From Alphaproteobacteria bacterium (GTDB lineage Bacteria > Pseudomonadota > Alphaproteobacteria > UBA828), in NCBI GenBank assembly GCA_965214705.1, contig CBDCCI010000002.1, forward strand, positions 736,001 through 800,000: a stretch of 64,000 nucleotides of DNA, read 5' to 3'. Positions 10,915 through 20,001 of this stretch are shown in pieces (position 1 is the stretch's first letter; each line of letters starts with the position of its first letter). The notes under the pieces were generated by a model that worked only from the letters and a program-made list of their open reading frames with translations, had not been told where the DNA came from and ran no database searches. Both the position numbers and the translations under genes were made by a program.

Positions 10915-11035
10915 CGTCCGGCCTGCCCCCGGCCGGCTGACCGGACTCCCGCCGGCGCAAGGCGCGCCGGGGAAACCCGGCGCTAGCGGGGCCGGTGGAT
11001 GCGTTCAGGAAGGTGTGGAGGTGCCCTGTGAGTCC
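10915..11035 (-). repeat. Leading-region intergenic repeat, copy 2
   Basis: GGCCGGCTGACCGGACTCCCGC...GGCCGGTGGATGCGTTCAGGA shared with 13480-13590. Confidence 0.8.
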
Positions 11036-11065
11036 GCGCAGTTCAGGGCCGGCCAGGCGGAGCGG

Positions 11066-11299
11066 TCAGCGCAAGGCGCGGGCGAGGTGTCCCGCGTAGA
11101 CGCCGACGGCCCGCCAGTAGCAGGCCATTGGGCCCTTGTGCCGGCGCCACTGGAGCTCGGCGCGGTGCCGCGCGTCGGCACGGAGGTCGAGCAGTGCGGC
11201 ACGGAGCGCGTGGCGGGCGGAAGGCGGCAGGGCCTGGAAGCGCGCGAGCCATGCGTGCTTCAGGTCGGCGTCGGCGCGGTGGATGGTGGAGCGGGACAT
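11066..11299 (-). CDS. Hypothetical protein (77 aa)
   Basis: MSRSTIHRADAD...HKGPMACYWRAVGVYAGH; starts 4 bp after the upstream stop. Confidence 0.65.
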   Translation of the reverse strand: MSRSTIHRADADLKHAWLARFQALPPSARHALRAALLDLRADARHRAELQWRRHKGPMACYWRAVGVYAGHLARALR

Positions 11300-11303
11300 C
11301 GGA

Positions 11304-11379
11304 CTACCGGGGCCGGGCGTCGAGGTGGCGGAGCACGGCGCAGGTGAGCTCACGGATCTCCTCGTAGGCGCGCCCGGTC
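11304..11379 (-). pseudogene. C-terminus of the DUF6197-like gene at 12997-13398
   Basis: TGRAYEEIRELTCAVLRHLDARPR* continues EWNDRTG in frame across the CCCGGTC repeat. Confidence 0.8.
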
Positions 11380-11460
11380 GGCGATTCGGCCACCGACCCT
11401 GCCTACATCCTGAACGAGCGCGGCGTCGGCTACCGCATGCCACGGCCCGGCGCGCCCTGA
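11380..11460 (+). pseudogene. Last 26 codons of an OmpR-type winged-helix regulator
   Basis: GDSATDPAYILNERGVGYRM, a typical Trans_reg_C terminus. Confidence 0.75.
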
Positions 11461-11536
11461 ACGCTGTCAGCCCGGGACCGGGCGGGCCGGACGCACGGCC
11501 ACCCAGTCAGGCGAGTGCGGCGATCGCCGGGTCCCA

Positions 11537-11680
11537 TCGGGTACCGGCCGCCGGCACCAGAGACGATCGTCATGCCAAGCTGGCCGCCCGGCTCCGCTAC
11601 GCTCCGCCGGCCACCCAGCTTGGCCGAGAAGCCGGCTATGCACTAACATTCGAAGTGGACCAATCGACGGGGGCAGGTCA
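11537..11680 (+). mobile_element. IS3-family right-end relic
   Basis: GYRPPAPE transposase tail followed by ...GGGGGCAGGTCA terminal IR; the rest is absent. Confidence 0.75.
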
Positions 11681-12631
11681 ATGAAACTCATAGCCCGTAC
11701 CCTCTCCGCCGTGGCCTTCGTAGCCGCTTCGCTTCTTGCCAGCCACGGAACAGCCGGAAGCGTGGATGATGTTGTAAGGCCAGCAGAAGAGATTGCGCTG
11801 CATGACGCAGCGGGCCGTGTCGAGGCAGGCGGGCGTGCGGGGTTTGTTCCGACGGCGCTGCTGGCCGAAGCGGAAGTGGGGCCGAAGGCAGGGGAAACAT
11901 TCCGGGATTGCCCGTCCTGTCCGGAAATGGTGGTGGTGCCGGCGGGTTCGTTCGTCATGGGCTCGCCGAGGTCGGAAGTAGACCGTGACGGAGATGAAGT
12001 CCTGCAGCATGAGGTGACGATCTCGCAACCCTTTGCGGTGGGCAAACACGAGGTGACGTTTGCGGAATGGGATACCTGCGTATCCGCTGGCGGGTGCGAC
12101 GGGTATCGCCCCGATGACAAGGGCTGGGGCCGTGGAAGTCGGCCGGTCATCCATGTGACCTGGAACGAAGCGCGGTCGTATGTCGCGTGGCTGTCGCGGA
12201 AGACGGGGAAGGAGTACCGGCTGTTGACGGAGGCGGAGTGGGAATATGCGGCGCGCGCGAAGACGCGGACGCGCTATAGCTGGGGGGATTCGGTGGGCCG
12301 GAACCGGGCGAACTGCCGCGGCTGCGGCAGCCGCTGGGACGGCCGTGAAACGGCTCCGGCGGGTTCGTTTGCGGCGAACGGTTTCGGCTTGCATGACATG
12401 TCGGGCAATGTATCGGAATGGGTCGAGGACTGCTGGCACAATGACTATGCGGGCGCGCCGTCGGACGGCAGCGCTTGGGTGGCGGGCGGTGATTGCGGGC
12501 AGCGCGTATTGCGCGGCGGTTCGTGGAGCAACATACCGTGGTTCCTCCGTTCCGCCATCCGCCTCGGGTACAGCGTCGGGAACCGGGTCGTCACCTTCGG
12601 CTTCCGCGTTGCCCGGACGCTTACGCCTTGA
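11681..12631 (+). CDS. Secreted FGE-sulfatase/CLec-fold protein; probable DGR target
   Basis: Signal peptide; RLLTEAEWEYAARA, GLHDMSGNVSEW and RGGSW...GFRVARTL motifs. Confidence 0.9.
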   Translation: MKLIARTLSAVAFVAASLLASHGTAGSVDDVVRPAEEIALHDAAGRVEAGGRAGFVPTALLAEAEVGPKAGETFRDCPSCPEMVVVPAGSFVMGSPRSEVDRDGDEVLQHEVTISQPFAVGKHEVTFAEWDTCVSAGGCDGYRPDDKGWGRGSRPVIHVTWNEARSYVAWLSRKTGKEYRLLTEAEWEYAARAKTRTRYSWGDSVGRNRANCRGCGSRWDGRETAPAGSFAANGFGLHDMSGNVSEWVEDCWHNDYAGAPSDGSAWVAGGDCGQRVLRGGSWSNIPWFLRSAIRLGYSVGNRVVTFGFRVARTLTP

Positions 12632-12656
12632 GTCCTCACTTGTTTACCTCGGGGGT

Positions 12657-12675
12657 CCGGGGGCGGAGCCCCCGG
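12657..12675 (+). other. 8-bp GC hairpin with GGA loop (DGR-type cruciform)
   Basis: CCGGGGGC-GGA-GCCCCCGG, 25 bp after the stop codon. Confidence 0.75.
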
Positions 12676-12680
12676 CAGGA

Positions 12681-12947
12681 TTATTTCGCGGGGCCTCGTG
12701 CCGCCTCGACGACTATCGGCACGAACCGGCCGACCCCGACATCGCCCGCCGGCTCGCGAAACAGCCGACGCCACCTGAACACCTGATTGGCGTTGAGGTT
12801 GTAACGCTGCGCGACCATCGGCACCGAGACCCCAGGCTCACGGGTCTCCGCCACGATCTGCCGCTTCTGCGCCTCGCTCCACCGCCGACGACGGCGACCA
12901 ACCGATCCGCCGCCCTCCGCGCCCGGCTCGTCCTCAGAAACCGACAT
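12681..12947 (-). pseudogene. IS66 TnpA (HTH) fragment
   Basis: RRRWSEAQKRQIVAET...VAQRYNLNANQVFRWRR; no tnpB/tnpC adjacent. Confidence 0.8.
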
Positions 12948-12996
12948 CAGCTAAGGAAGGTCTGATTAGGTCGCGTGTGTCATAATTTGCGCACGA

Positions 12997-13398
12997 CCCG
13001 GTCCGGTCGTTCCACTCGATGACGGCTTCGAGACAGGGCTCGAAGGTGTTTTCGAACCGGAGGTGGCGGTGGAGCCTGCCGACGTTGACGTAGACGAGGC
13101 AGACCTGCTCGACGAGGTCGCCGAGGCACGAGGGGTCGCGGCCGGAGATGTCCCCGGTGTGGATCCGGATCGCGGCCCCGAGGCAGAAGCTGCGGGCGGC
13201 GTCCGGCGGCCGCATGGCGAGAGCGGGTTTGTGGTGCCTGCCCTCCTCGTCCTCGATGTGGAAACGGCCGTCGAAGGAGAGCGGGTAGCCGTCGTCGTCG
13301 CGGCCCCAGCTTCCCTGGTGCCAGCGTTTGGGCTCGTCGAGGGTTTCGTGGACGCGGCGGGCGATCTCGAGGAGTTGCTCGGGCGTGAGGGTCTGCAT
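12997..13398 (-). pseudogene. DUF6197-like protein, N-terminal part (156 aa when restored)
   Basis: WHQG, FCLGAA and WNDxxGR motifs. Confidence 0.6.
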
Positions 13399-13444
13399 TG
13401 CGGGGATCTCCCGATGCGAAGTGTGGGTGCAGCGGTCAGCGGCG

Positions 13445-13590
13445 GGGACGGCGCGAGGCCTCCCGCGCCAACCCCGCCGGGCTGCCCCTGGCCGGCTGAC
13501 CGGACTCCCGCTGGCGCAACGCGCGCCGGGCGGACCCGGCGCGAGCGCGGCCGGTGGATGCGTTCAGGACGGTGTGGAGGCGCCTCCGGA
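13445..13590 (-). repeat. Leading-region intergenic repeat, copy 3
   Basis: Similar to copies 1 and 2. Confidence 0.8.
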
Positions 13591-13630
13591 GCTCGAGCCG
13601 TTGAGGGCCGGCGCGGGACGTGCGGCGGTG

Positions 13631-13685
13631 TCAGACGAAGTATTCGCCCGCTGCCGTGAAGGTCGATTCGTTGGTGGCGAGGGTC
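13631..13685 (-). pseudogene. Displaced C-terminus of the 4399 gene
   Basis: (T)LATNESTFTAAGEYFV* completes EAIDET. Confidence 0.85.
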
Positions 13686-14525
13686 CCCGCCATCGTGCCC
13701 CTGTCTCCGGCTTCCGATTCGGTCGAGGATCTGCTGCGGCGCAGGTTGCTGGATTCGACCTGGCCCGTCGCGGTCGGCTTCGGGGGAGGAATCGCGACCT
13801 GCGAGGCGCTGGGGTGTCCGGTCGCGGACGCGATCCACGTCGACCGGCCCGCCGCGGGCGGCGCCCGGCACCCGAGCGACGATCACCGGCCCGATCTGTC
13901 TGGCTTCGAGCTCCTCGACCCGCGCCGGGGGATCGCGTTGGCAAGCAAGGCGCGGACCGTGGTCGAAGGGCAGCGTTCGGCCCTCCATCGGGCCTTCGGC
14001 GCCTGGACGGACCATGGGTTCTTCCTCGTGGAGACATTCACGATGCAAGGGGACGCGGGCCTCGGACACTACAAGACCACCTGGTTCGGAGACGCGGTCC
14101 ACTCCGGCCCGCTGGCCTCGCCGGGCGACAGCGCGACCTGGTCCGGCGTCATGTCCGGCGTGGAGACCTCGCCGTCCGGCGGGCCCAGCGCCTTCGTGCA
14201 CGGGGATTCCGCCATTACCGTTTCCGGCCTCGCGGCCGGAGTTGAGGTCGAGGTCGCGGTCGCGTTCACCGGCATCGTGAACGAGGACACCGGCGCCGGG
14301 ATCGGCGACATGGTCTGGCGGGGACTGCCTCTTCAGAGCCGGGAGTTCGGGACCGACGATGTCCGGTTCAACGACGGGGAGGGCTACTTCCGGGACGGGA
14401 GCTTCGGCGCCACGGCGGAGGGAAGCATCTACGGCCGCCTCTACGGCCCCGGTCACGAGGAAGTGGGCGGGCTGTTCCACCGCGACGGCATAGCGGGCGC
14501 ATTCGCGGGCAAGCGCGATCGGTAG
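13683..14525 (+). pseudogene. Lipoprotein 1, C-terminal part
   Basis: GAWTDHG motif and ending GRLYGPGHEEVGGLFHRDGIAGAFAGKR; paralogous to lipoprotein 2. Confidence 0.8.
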
Positions 14526-15055
14526 GCGGCCTCATTGACGTGGCGTCCGCCCGTCGTCGGGTAGCAGCGCCCGAAGCGTATCGGCGTTGGCGGAACCCCT
14601 TCAACAAACCTCACCTGTTCCACCTGAGGGTCTGGTCACTGTAGATCGCGCCGGCCTCAGTCTTGACCCTGCAGTCACTCGACGCGATCAAGCACTTCGA
14701 GTGCCATAAACTGTTCTTGCGGCTTCATAATTTGCTCCAGCGGGAGCTGAGTCGAGCCTCCGGGCTTGGACGGCGCGCGGCAGCGTCTCTTCACCGTCCA
14801 CCGCTACCCTGAACGCCGATCAGGTCACGAGCAGTCTTGAGCTCCCTGGAAGTGGATTGCGCGCGATTCCCATGCGATTCCCAGTTGAACGCCACGGACG
14901 TAGATTCCTCTGTTGCAAGGCGGCTGACGGCTTTTGCGTACCGGCATGTGCATTACCGCGGGGTCGACATGCGACCCCAACTATAGACATCCGGACTCGC
15001 GGCGTTGTCGTATTACAGGCGATGTCCATCCCACAATACTAATCTAGTGCGGTTG

Positions 15056-15583
15056 TCACTCTCCCTCCTTGGGTGTGTTGTCTCCAAGTATCAACTTGAC
15101 CCACCGATCAAACTCCTGGCCCTCCGCTGGCTGCGATAACAACGCCGCTTTCACAATGCCGTCGATCTCGTCATTCGTCTTGTCTGCTAAGTGGCGCACA
15201 ATTTCGTTGACAGCCCGATCACGTCGGTTCGACAGATCTTCCTTTATGCCTAGCGAACTGGCGAAACTTCGGATGTACGCGAAGGGTAGCCGTGCATCTC
15301 TGTCCATGAGCCGCGACTTCAATGCGGACAGCCTTTCTGCCTTAGCTCTGTCGACTAGTGCGACTTTCGCAATTACGCTATCGCGCGCCGGATGGCGGAC
15401 CTTCCTCGTCTTCTCGACCGGGCTTGCGCGATGCGCTAACGCATCGTCAATCGCTGCTGCAATATCCTCTACGAACTCTCGGTCTCTCAAACGATTGGCC
15501 AACGCTCGCCAGTCCTTCTCCGGATACTCTACTAGCAGACGACCAAGCTCAGCCGCTAGAGAGGGACGTCTTCCGCCCCCCAC
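15056..15583 (-). CDS. Hypothetical protein coupled to the ParA-like gene
   Basis: In-frame GTG 2 bp after the ParA stop; lower GC. Confidence 0.65.
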   Translation of the reverse strand: MGGGRRPSLAAELGRLLVEYPEKDWRALANRLRDREFVEDIAAAIDDALAHRASPVEKTRKVRHPARDSVIAKVALVDRAKAERLSALKSRLMDRDARLPFAYIRSFASSLGIKEDLSNRRDRAVNEIVRHLADKTNDEIDGIVKAALLSQPAEGQEFDRWVKLILGDNTPKEGE

Positions 15584-15585
15584 TG

Positions 15586-16668
15586 CTAGTCCCCCCTCTT
15601 TGACAGTCCGACTCGATCCATGAATTCCTTGGCCACTGCCTGGAGCTCCTCTTTCTTCCAACTCCGAGCGTAGTCTGTGAGGAAGATGGGCTTACCGACG
15701 CGAGCACCAGCCGGGTAAGAGTCGGAGTGGCTCAACTGTGCCTTGAAAATGTGCCACCCCTGTTCCTTGGCCGCCTTTCGCACGGTCTTGCGTGACCGCT
15801 GATGCTCGCGCTTGGAGGGGTCCGAGTCGTTAAAGACTATACCTGCAAGCTTGGGAACCGGTTCCGTCTTGTGCGTCTTCTTGTAGTCACCCAGCGAGCG
15901 AACGAGCAGCGGCAGACCAATTGTGGAGAAATACTCGGGTCGAACCGGTACAAGCAGGTAGTCGCTGGCCATGTAGGCAGCGGTAGTCAGCATTGACTCC
16001 GTAGGCGGGCAATCAATGAGGATGAGGTCGTAATCGTCCTTCACATCTTGGATGTAGTCGCGGACCAAGTGCTCCTTCTCATGCGGATTCTTCAACGCCC
16101 AAGCCAGATCCAGTGCCGAGGGGATAACATGAATGAGACTACCGTCGTGCCACTCTTGGGCGACCGTGATTGCCTCTTTGCCGAGAATGCCCTTGTCAGC
16201 GTTCCCAAGCGTGTGTTGTTCGAAGATGTCGACGATGGTCGGCTTTTTCTTCGCCAGATGCTTTTCATACCGGTCATTACCGAGCGCATACTGACTAAGG
16301 TTGAATTGAGGATCGAGATCGACCATCAGCACGCGCAAGTTTGCGCGGTAGGCACAATACCAGCCGACATTCGCCGTCAACGTCGACTTTCCGACACCGC
16401 CCTTCATGTTCACCATTGCGACGACGACGCACGTCGATTCCGACGTCCCGCCCATTTCGAGTGCCTCTGCCTTTGCCGTCTTCACCTCCATGTCACGCTC
16501 GTCCGCCCAAGTCAGGATGTCGGGGAGTTCCCAGACAGGCCCACTCTTCAGCGATGCCGCAGGCTTAGGGAAGTCTGCGTATCGCTCTCGCCAGTTCGAA
16601 GCAGCCTGTCTCGATACCCCGAATACATCGGCGATCTCGGCGACCCCGACCAGAACTGTTCGATCCAT
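15586..16668 (-). CDS. ParA/Soj-family ATPase with N-terminal AlpA-like HTH
   Basis: VGVAEIADVFGVSRQAASNW HTH; KGGVGKST, DLDPQ and IDCPP motifs. Confidence 0.85.
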   Translation of the reverse strand: MDRTVLVGVAEIADVFGVSRQAASNWRERYADFPKPAASLKSGPVWELPDILTWADERDMEVKTAKAEALEMGGTSESTCVVVAMVNMKGGVGKSTLTANVGWYCAYRANLRVLMVDLDPQFNLSQYALGNDRYEKHLAKKKPTIVDIFEQHTLGNADKGILGKEAITVAQEWHDGSLIHVIPSALDLAWALKNPHEKEHLVRDYIQDVKDDYDLILIDCPPTESMLTTAAYMASDYLLVPVRPEYFSTIGLPLLVRSLGDYKKTHKTEPVPKLAGIVFNDSDPSKREHQRSRKTVRKAAKEQGWHIFKAQLSHSDSYPAGARVGKPIFLTDYARSWKKEELQAVAKEFMDRVGLSKRGD

Positions 16669-16870
16669 CTTGGTTCTCCTTGGAATGCGATGCACGAGTG
16701 AGTTCGCGAAAATATGACAATCCGACATCAGCGTCAAGAAAATAATGTGTGTCGTTTGTACACAAAGCGAACTTTCTCTGTTCACCTGGCGCTGGCGCAA
16801 GTCCCGGCTCGCACCCACTTAGCTACGCAATGGACTGATTCCATTCAGAAAATCCCCTACTCGTCTCGAC

Positions 16871-16984
16871 GGCTACGACGTTGTGAAAGCGGTCGACGGC
16901 CCGGGCGATCCCGAGCGTTGCAGGCGCACGGTCAACGCAACGGAGCCCGAGATCGTCCGCTGGGTGTTCCGGCAGTTCGCTGTT
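16871..16984 (+). pseudogene. Relic of a large serine recombinase
   Basis: GYDVVKAVDGPGDPERCRRTVNATEPEIVRWVFRQF matches GYDVVTTFD...ERTINEVEANVVRRVFRDF of the 22089-23771 gene. Confidence 0.6.
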
Positions 16985-17429
16985 GTTCGGCGCGCAAATC
17001 GGACGCTGATCGGCGCGCCAACTTGTTGATTTCTTTTGCTTCTCAGGGGTCAGCATTGCTTACTTAACAACAGAACACGAGCTTGAGCGCGGCCTTCTGG
17101 CCGAAAGCGTTGGGAATGAACTTGAACCGCCGACGCTCCTCGACGAACGAACGTTCAAGGAGATTGGTGGTCCGGATCGCCCGACCATGGGTGATCGGCA
17201 TGCGCAGATGCGCGATGCAGACTCGAAGTCATCCATGAAGCAGGCGGCGGTACTGGGCGGCTCGGCCTCCAATTCGGAGACCAGGCCGGAAGGCGAGATC
17301 ACGGGCGATTGCCCGTGCGCGCCGCCAACTCTCTGTCCGATCACTGCGACTGTTGGCTGGACCTGCGGTAGGGCACTCATACCTGCCCCAGGCCCCTGCG
17401 CTGGCTATCAGATTCACCAGTCCTCTGAT

Positions 17430-17514
17430 TTCAGCGATTCGTTGAAACTACCATTTTCAGTGAAATCACTTGACATCGTTCACTGAATACGATATTTTCA
17501 GCAAATGTTGAAAA
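17430..17514 (+). promoter_or_regulatory. Sigma70-type promoter with inverted-repeat operators; probably leaderless
   Basis: TTGACA(17470)-17 bp-TATTTT(17493); IR TTCAGTGAA/TTCACTGAA flanks the -35; TTTTCAGCA..TGTTGAAAA overlaps the ATG. Confidence 0.65.
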
Positions 17515-18611
17515 AGCTCAATGTAGTGAAGGACCTTGAGACCGACGCCGTGGACGCTGCCCACAGGCTCGTCACTGATATTCCGCACCTAAAGCTTATA
17601 TACGAAGCCTATCCCGAACATCTCCCACCCAACCAACCCATCGATGGAAGGATCGACTTCGAGTATGGCGACGACACTTTTGCGCTCATCATCCAGGTCA
17701 AGTCGAACGGCGCACCCCGCTTTGCCCGCTCCGCAGTTTACCAACTCAAGGGTTACATAGCGCACCCGCACGCGCTCGGCCAGACCATGTCCGACCGGCA
17801 GTTGATTCCCATGCTGGTGAGTCCTTACCTCTCGCCCGAGTCGCGCTCCATTTGTGCGGAGCACGACGTCGCCTATCTCGATCTGGTCGGAAACGTTCAT
17901 CTCACCTTTGGCACCGTCTTTATCGACCGAGCCGTCCCGGACCGGCCCAAGTCCGAAGCCCGTGCCCTACGGTCCATTTTCCGCCCAAAGGCGGCCGCAA
18001 TCTTACACGTCATGCTACGCTCTCCGAATCAGGCATGGCGTGTAGCAGAGCTTGCCCAAGAGGCGAATGTCAGCTTGGGTCACGTCAGCAACGTTCGTAA
18101 GGCCCTTCTGGAACGCGAATGGATCGAGGAGCAGGACGATGGCGTTGTCCTCACCGATCCGGGTGCGCTCCTTAGGACCTGGCGCAAGAACTATCGCCGC
18201 CCCGAAGGTCATCGCGTCACCGGATACACCCATTTCCACGGCAAACATCTCCACGAGCGCATCTTGGACAAGCTCAATCCGTATCCAAATCGCCCGCGCG
18301 TGATCTATTCCCTGAACTCCGCTGCTCAATGGTTCGCGCCATTTGTCCGCGACGCCACGACCACCTTCTATGCTGACCAAGCAGGGTTCGACCTCTTGAA
18401 CGACTCGTTGGAACTGAGGCCAGCTTCAAGAGGAGCTAACGTTGTCCTGCGAATTCCGGCAGATGATACCATCTTCGAAGATGTCTTTGAGCCTGCGCCA
18501 GGTGTATTCTGCACTAGCCCCGTCATCACGTATCTGGAGCTGTGGAACGGTGGCGATCGCGACCGTGAAGCAGCTCAATATGTTGCCAAGGAGTTCTTCG
18601 CTTGGTTGTAG
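17505..18611 (+). CDS. Type IV TA AbiEi-family antitoxin/regulator
   Basis: YLDLVGN motif, central HTH and C-terminal YLELWNGGDRDREAA. Confidence 0.75.
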   Translation: MLKKLNVVKDLETDAVDAAHRLVTDIPHLKLIYEAYPEHLPPNQPIDGRIDFEYGDDTFALIIQVKSNGAPRFARSAVYQLKGYIAHPHALGQTMSDRQLIPMLVSPYLSPESRSICAEHDVAYLDLVGNVHLTFGTVFIDRAVPDRPKSEARALRSIFRPKAAAILHVMLRSPNQAWRVAELAQEANVSLGHVSNVRKALLEREWIEEQDDGVVLTDPGALLRTWRKNYRRPEGHRVTGYTHFHGKHLHERILDKLNPYPNRPRVIYSLNSAAQWFAPFVRDATTTFYADQAGFDLLNDSLELRPASRGANVVLRIPADDTIFEDVFEPAPGVFCTSPVITYLELWNGGDRDREAAQYVAKEFFAWL

Positions 18612-19459
18612 AAGAAACACAGTTCGCCAGTGACTACGATAACCGTACCACCGAGGCAGTTAGATCCGCGTTGATCGAGATCGGACAAACCTTGGGCAGC
18701 TTTGAAGGCAGATTCGCGGTCATTGGCGGAGCAGTACCCTGGCTCTTGCTGGCCGAGGCCGAAATGCCTCATATCGGCACTCAAGACATCGATCTCAGCC
18801 TGGACGCGGAAGCCCTTGGTGACAGCGAGTACGTCAATCTCGTTGAAGCCCTCTTCGCTCAAGGTTACCAACAGCGCGCAGGCCTCCGCAGGTTTCAGCT
18901 CGTACGCACTGTGCCCAGCCGCGATGCTGGTCCAGACATCGATGTGATCGTCGATTTCCTTGTGCCTCGAGACGCCCAGATCGAGAAGAACGACCCTCCA
19001 ATTGTGACAGAGTTCGCAGTCCAGCGCGCTCACGGAGCCGAACTCGCTCTGCAATACTCTGAACTCATCCTTCTGGAGGGGGAAATGCCCGACGGCGGCA
19101 AGAACAGTGTGCGCATTGCTGTCGCCTCCATTCCAGCCCTATTGGCGATGAAGGGCTATGCGATCGATGGACGCAACAAGCTCAAAGATGCTTACGACAT
19201 CTACTATTGCGTTCGAAACTTTCCGGGTGGACTCGCCGCCCTCGTCGAAGCGACGACCCTGCTTCTCACGAACGAAACCGCTCGCCAAGGCTACGAATTG
19301 ATAGCCGCCAAATTCCGTGAGTTAGATGATTTCGGTCCTACGAGTGTCCGACATTTTGTTGAAGGCTCCGATGCTCTCGCCGATCGCACTGCCGATCAAT
19401 GGCAGCAGGACGCGTTCGGACAAGTTGACGTCTGGCTCAAGAGCCTCGGATTGCGTTGA
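18602..19459 (+). CDS. AbiEii-like nucleotidyltransferase toxin
   Basis: IGG...GTQDIDL and KDAYDIYY motifs; overlaps the antitoxin. Confidence 0.75.
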   Translation: MVVEETQFASDYDNRTTEAVRSALIEIGQTLGSFEGRFAVIGGAVPWLLLAEAEMPHIGTQDIDLSLDAEALGDSEYVNLVEALFAQGYQQRAGLRRFQLVRTVPSRDAGPDIDVIVDFLVPRDAQIEKNDPPIVTEFAVQRAHGAELALQYSELILLEGEMPDGGKNSVRIAVASIPALLAMKGYAIDGRNKLKDAYDIYYCVRNFPGGLAALVEATTLLLTNETARQGYELIAAKFRELDDFGPTSVRHFVEGSDALADRTADQWQQDAFGQVDVWLKSLGLR

Positions 19460-19609
19460 TCCCTAGATAATCCGCCAATTCCACGATCCACCGTTCTTGT
19501 TGCAATACAGCCATCCTGGGAAGGTCGCGCGCCACGCGACCTAGTCATTCTCTCGGTGGGACGCTAGGCCAGACGCGAGTGGGGACCGCCCGCTATGCGG
19601 CCAGCGCCT

Positions 19610-19880
19610 GCTGTTGGCCGGCCGTTCAATGCCAGGGTAGGAGCTCGTGCAGCCGAATCTGCAGCATCTCGGCGATGCGGGCCAGGACACCCGCGAGCCA
19701 GACTTGGGGATCGATGTCGTTGAGCCTCGCACTGCCGATCAGAGATTACAACACCGCCGCCCTGGTGGCCGCCGCGATCGGAGCCAGCGAACAACCAGGA
19801 TTTGCGTCCGAGACAGATGCCGCGCAGCGCTCTCTCCGCAGTATTGTTCGTGAGGCAAATGCGGCCGTCATGTTGTCTAC
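19610..19880 (-). pseudogene. IS66 TnpC C-terminal fragment
   Basis: DGRICLTNNTAERALRGICLGRKSWLFAGSDRGG and ...LHELLPW; frameshifted. Confidence 0.8.
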
Positions 19881-20001
19881 GCCAGCGCAAACACGCGTCA
19901 AGCATTGTCACTCTAACGAACTTGCCCATCTCTTGCGCCCTGGCACGTGTATCGTGGTTCCGCCACATTCCAAGACTCTCATCGCCAACAGTCGCAACCG
20001 T

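Noticed and set aside
4989-13685. Classical shufflon or Hin-type invertible segments
   Set aside because: No sfx/hix-like 12-30 bp repeats at any breakpoint, only 3-4 bp of identity, and no adjacent invertase.
8395-13685. GGTC/GACC as a common recombination motif
   Set aside because: Present near four joints but absent at the 1129, 10285 and 35745 joints, and common in GC-rich DNA; only the weaker TC observation was kept.
12681-19880. IS66 tnpA and tnpC fragments as two ends of one composite element
   Set aside because: Order and orientation are incompatible before or after undoing inversion A, and no IS66 IRs were seen.
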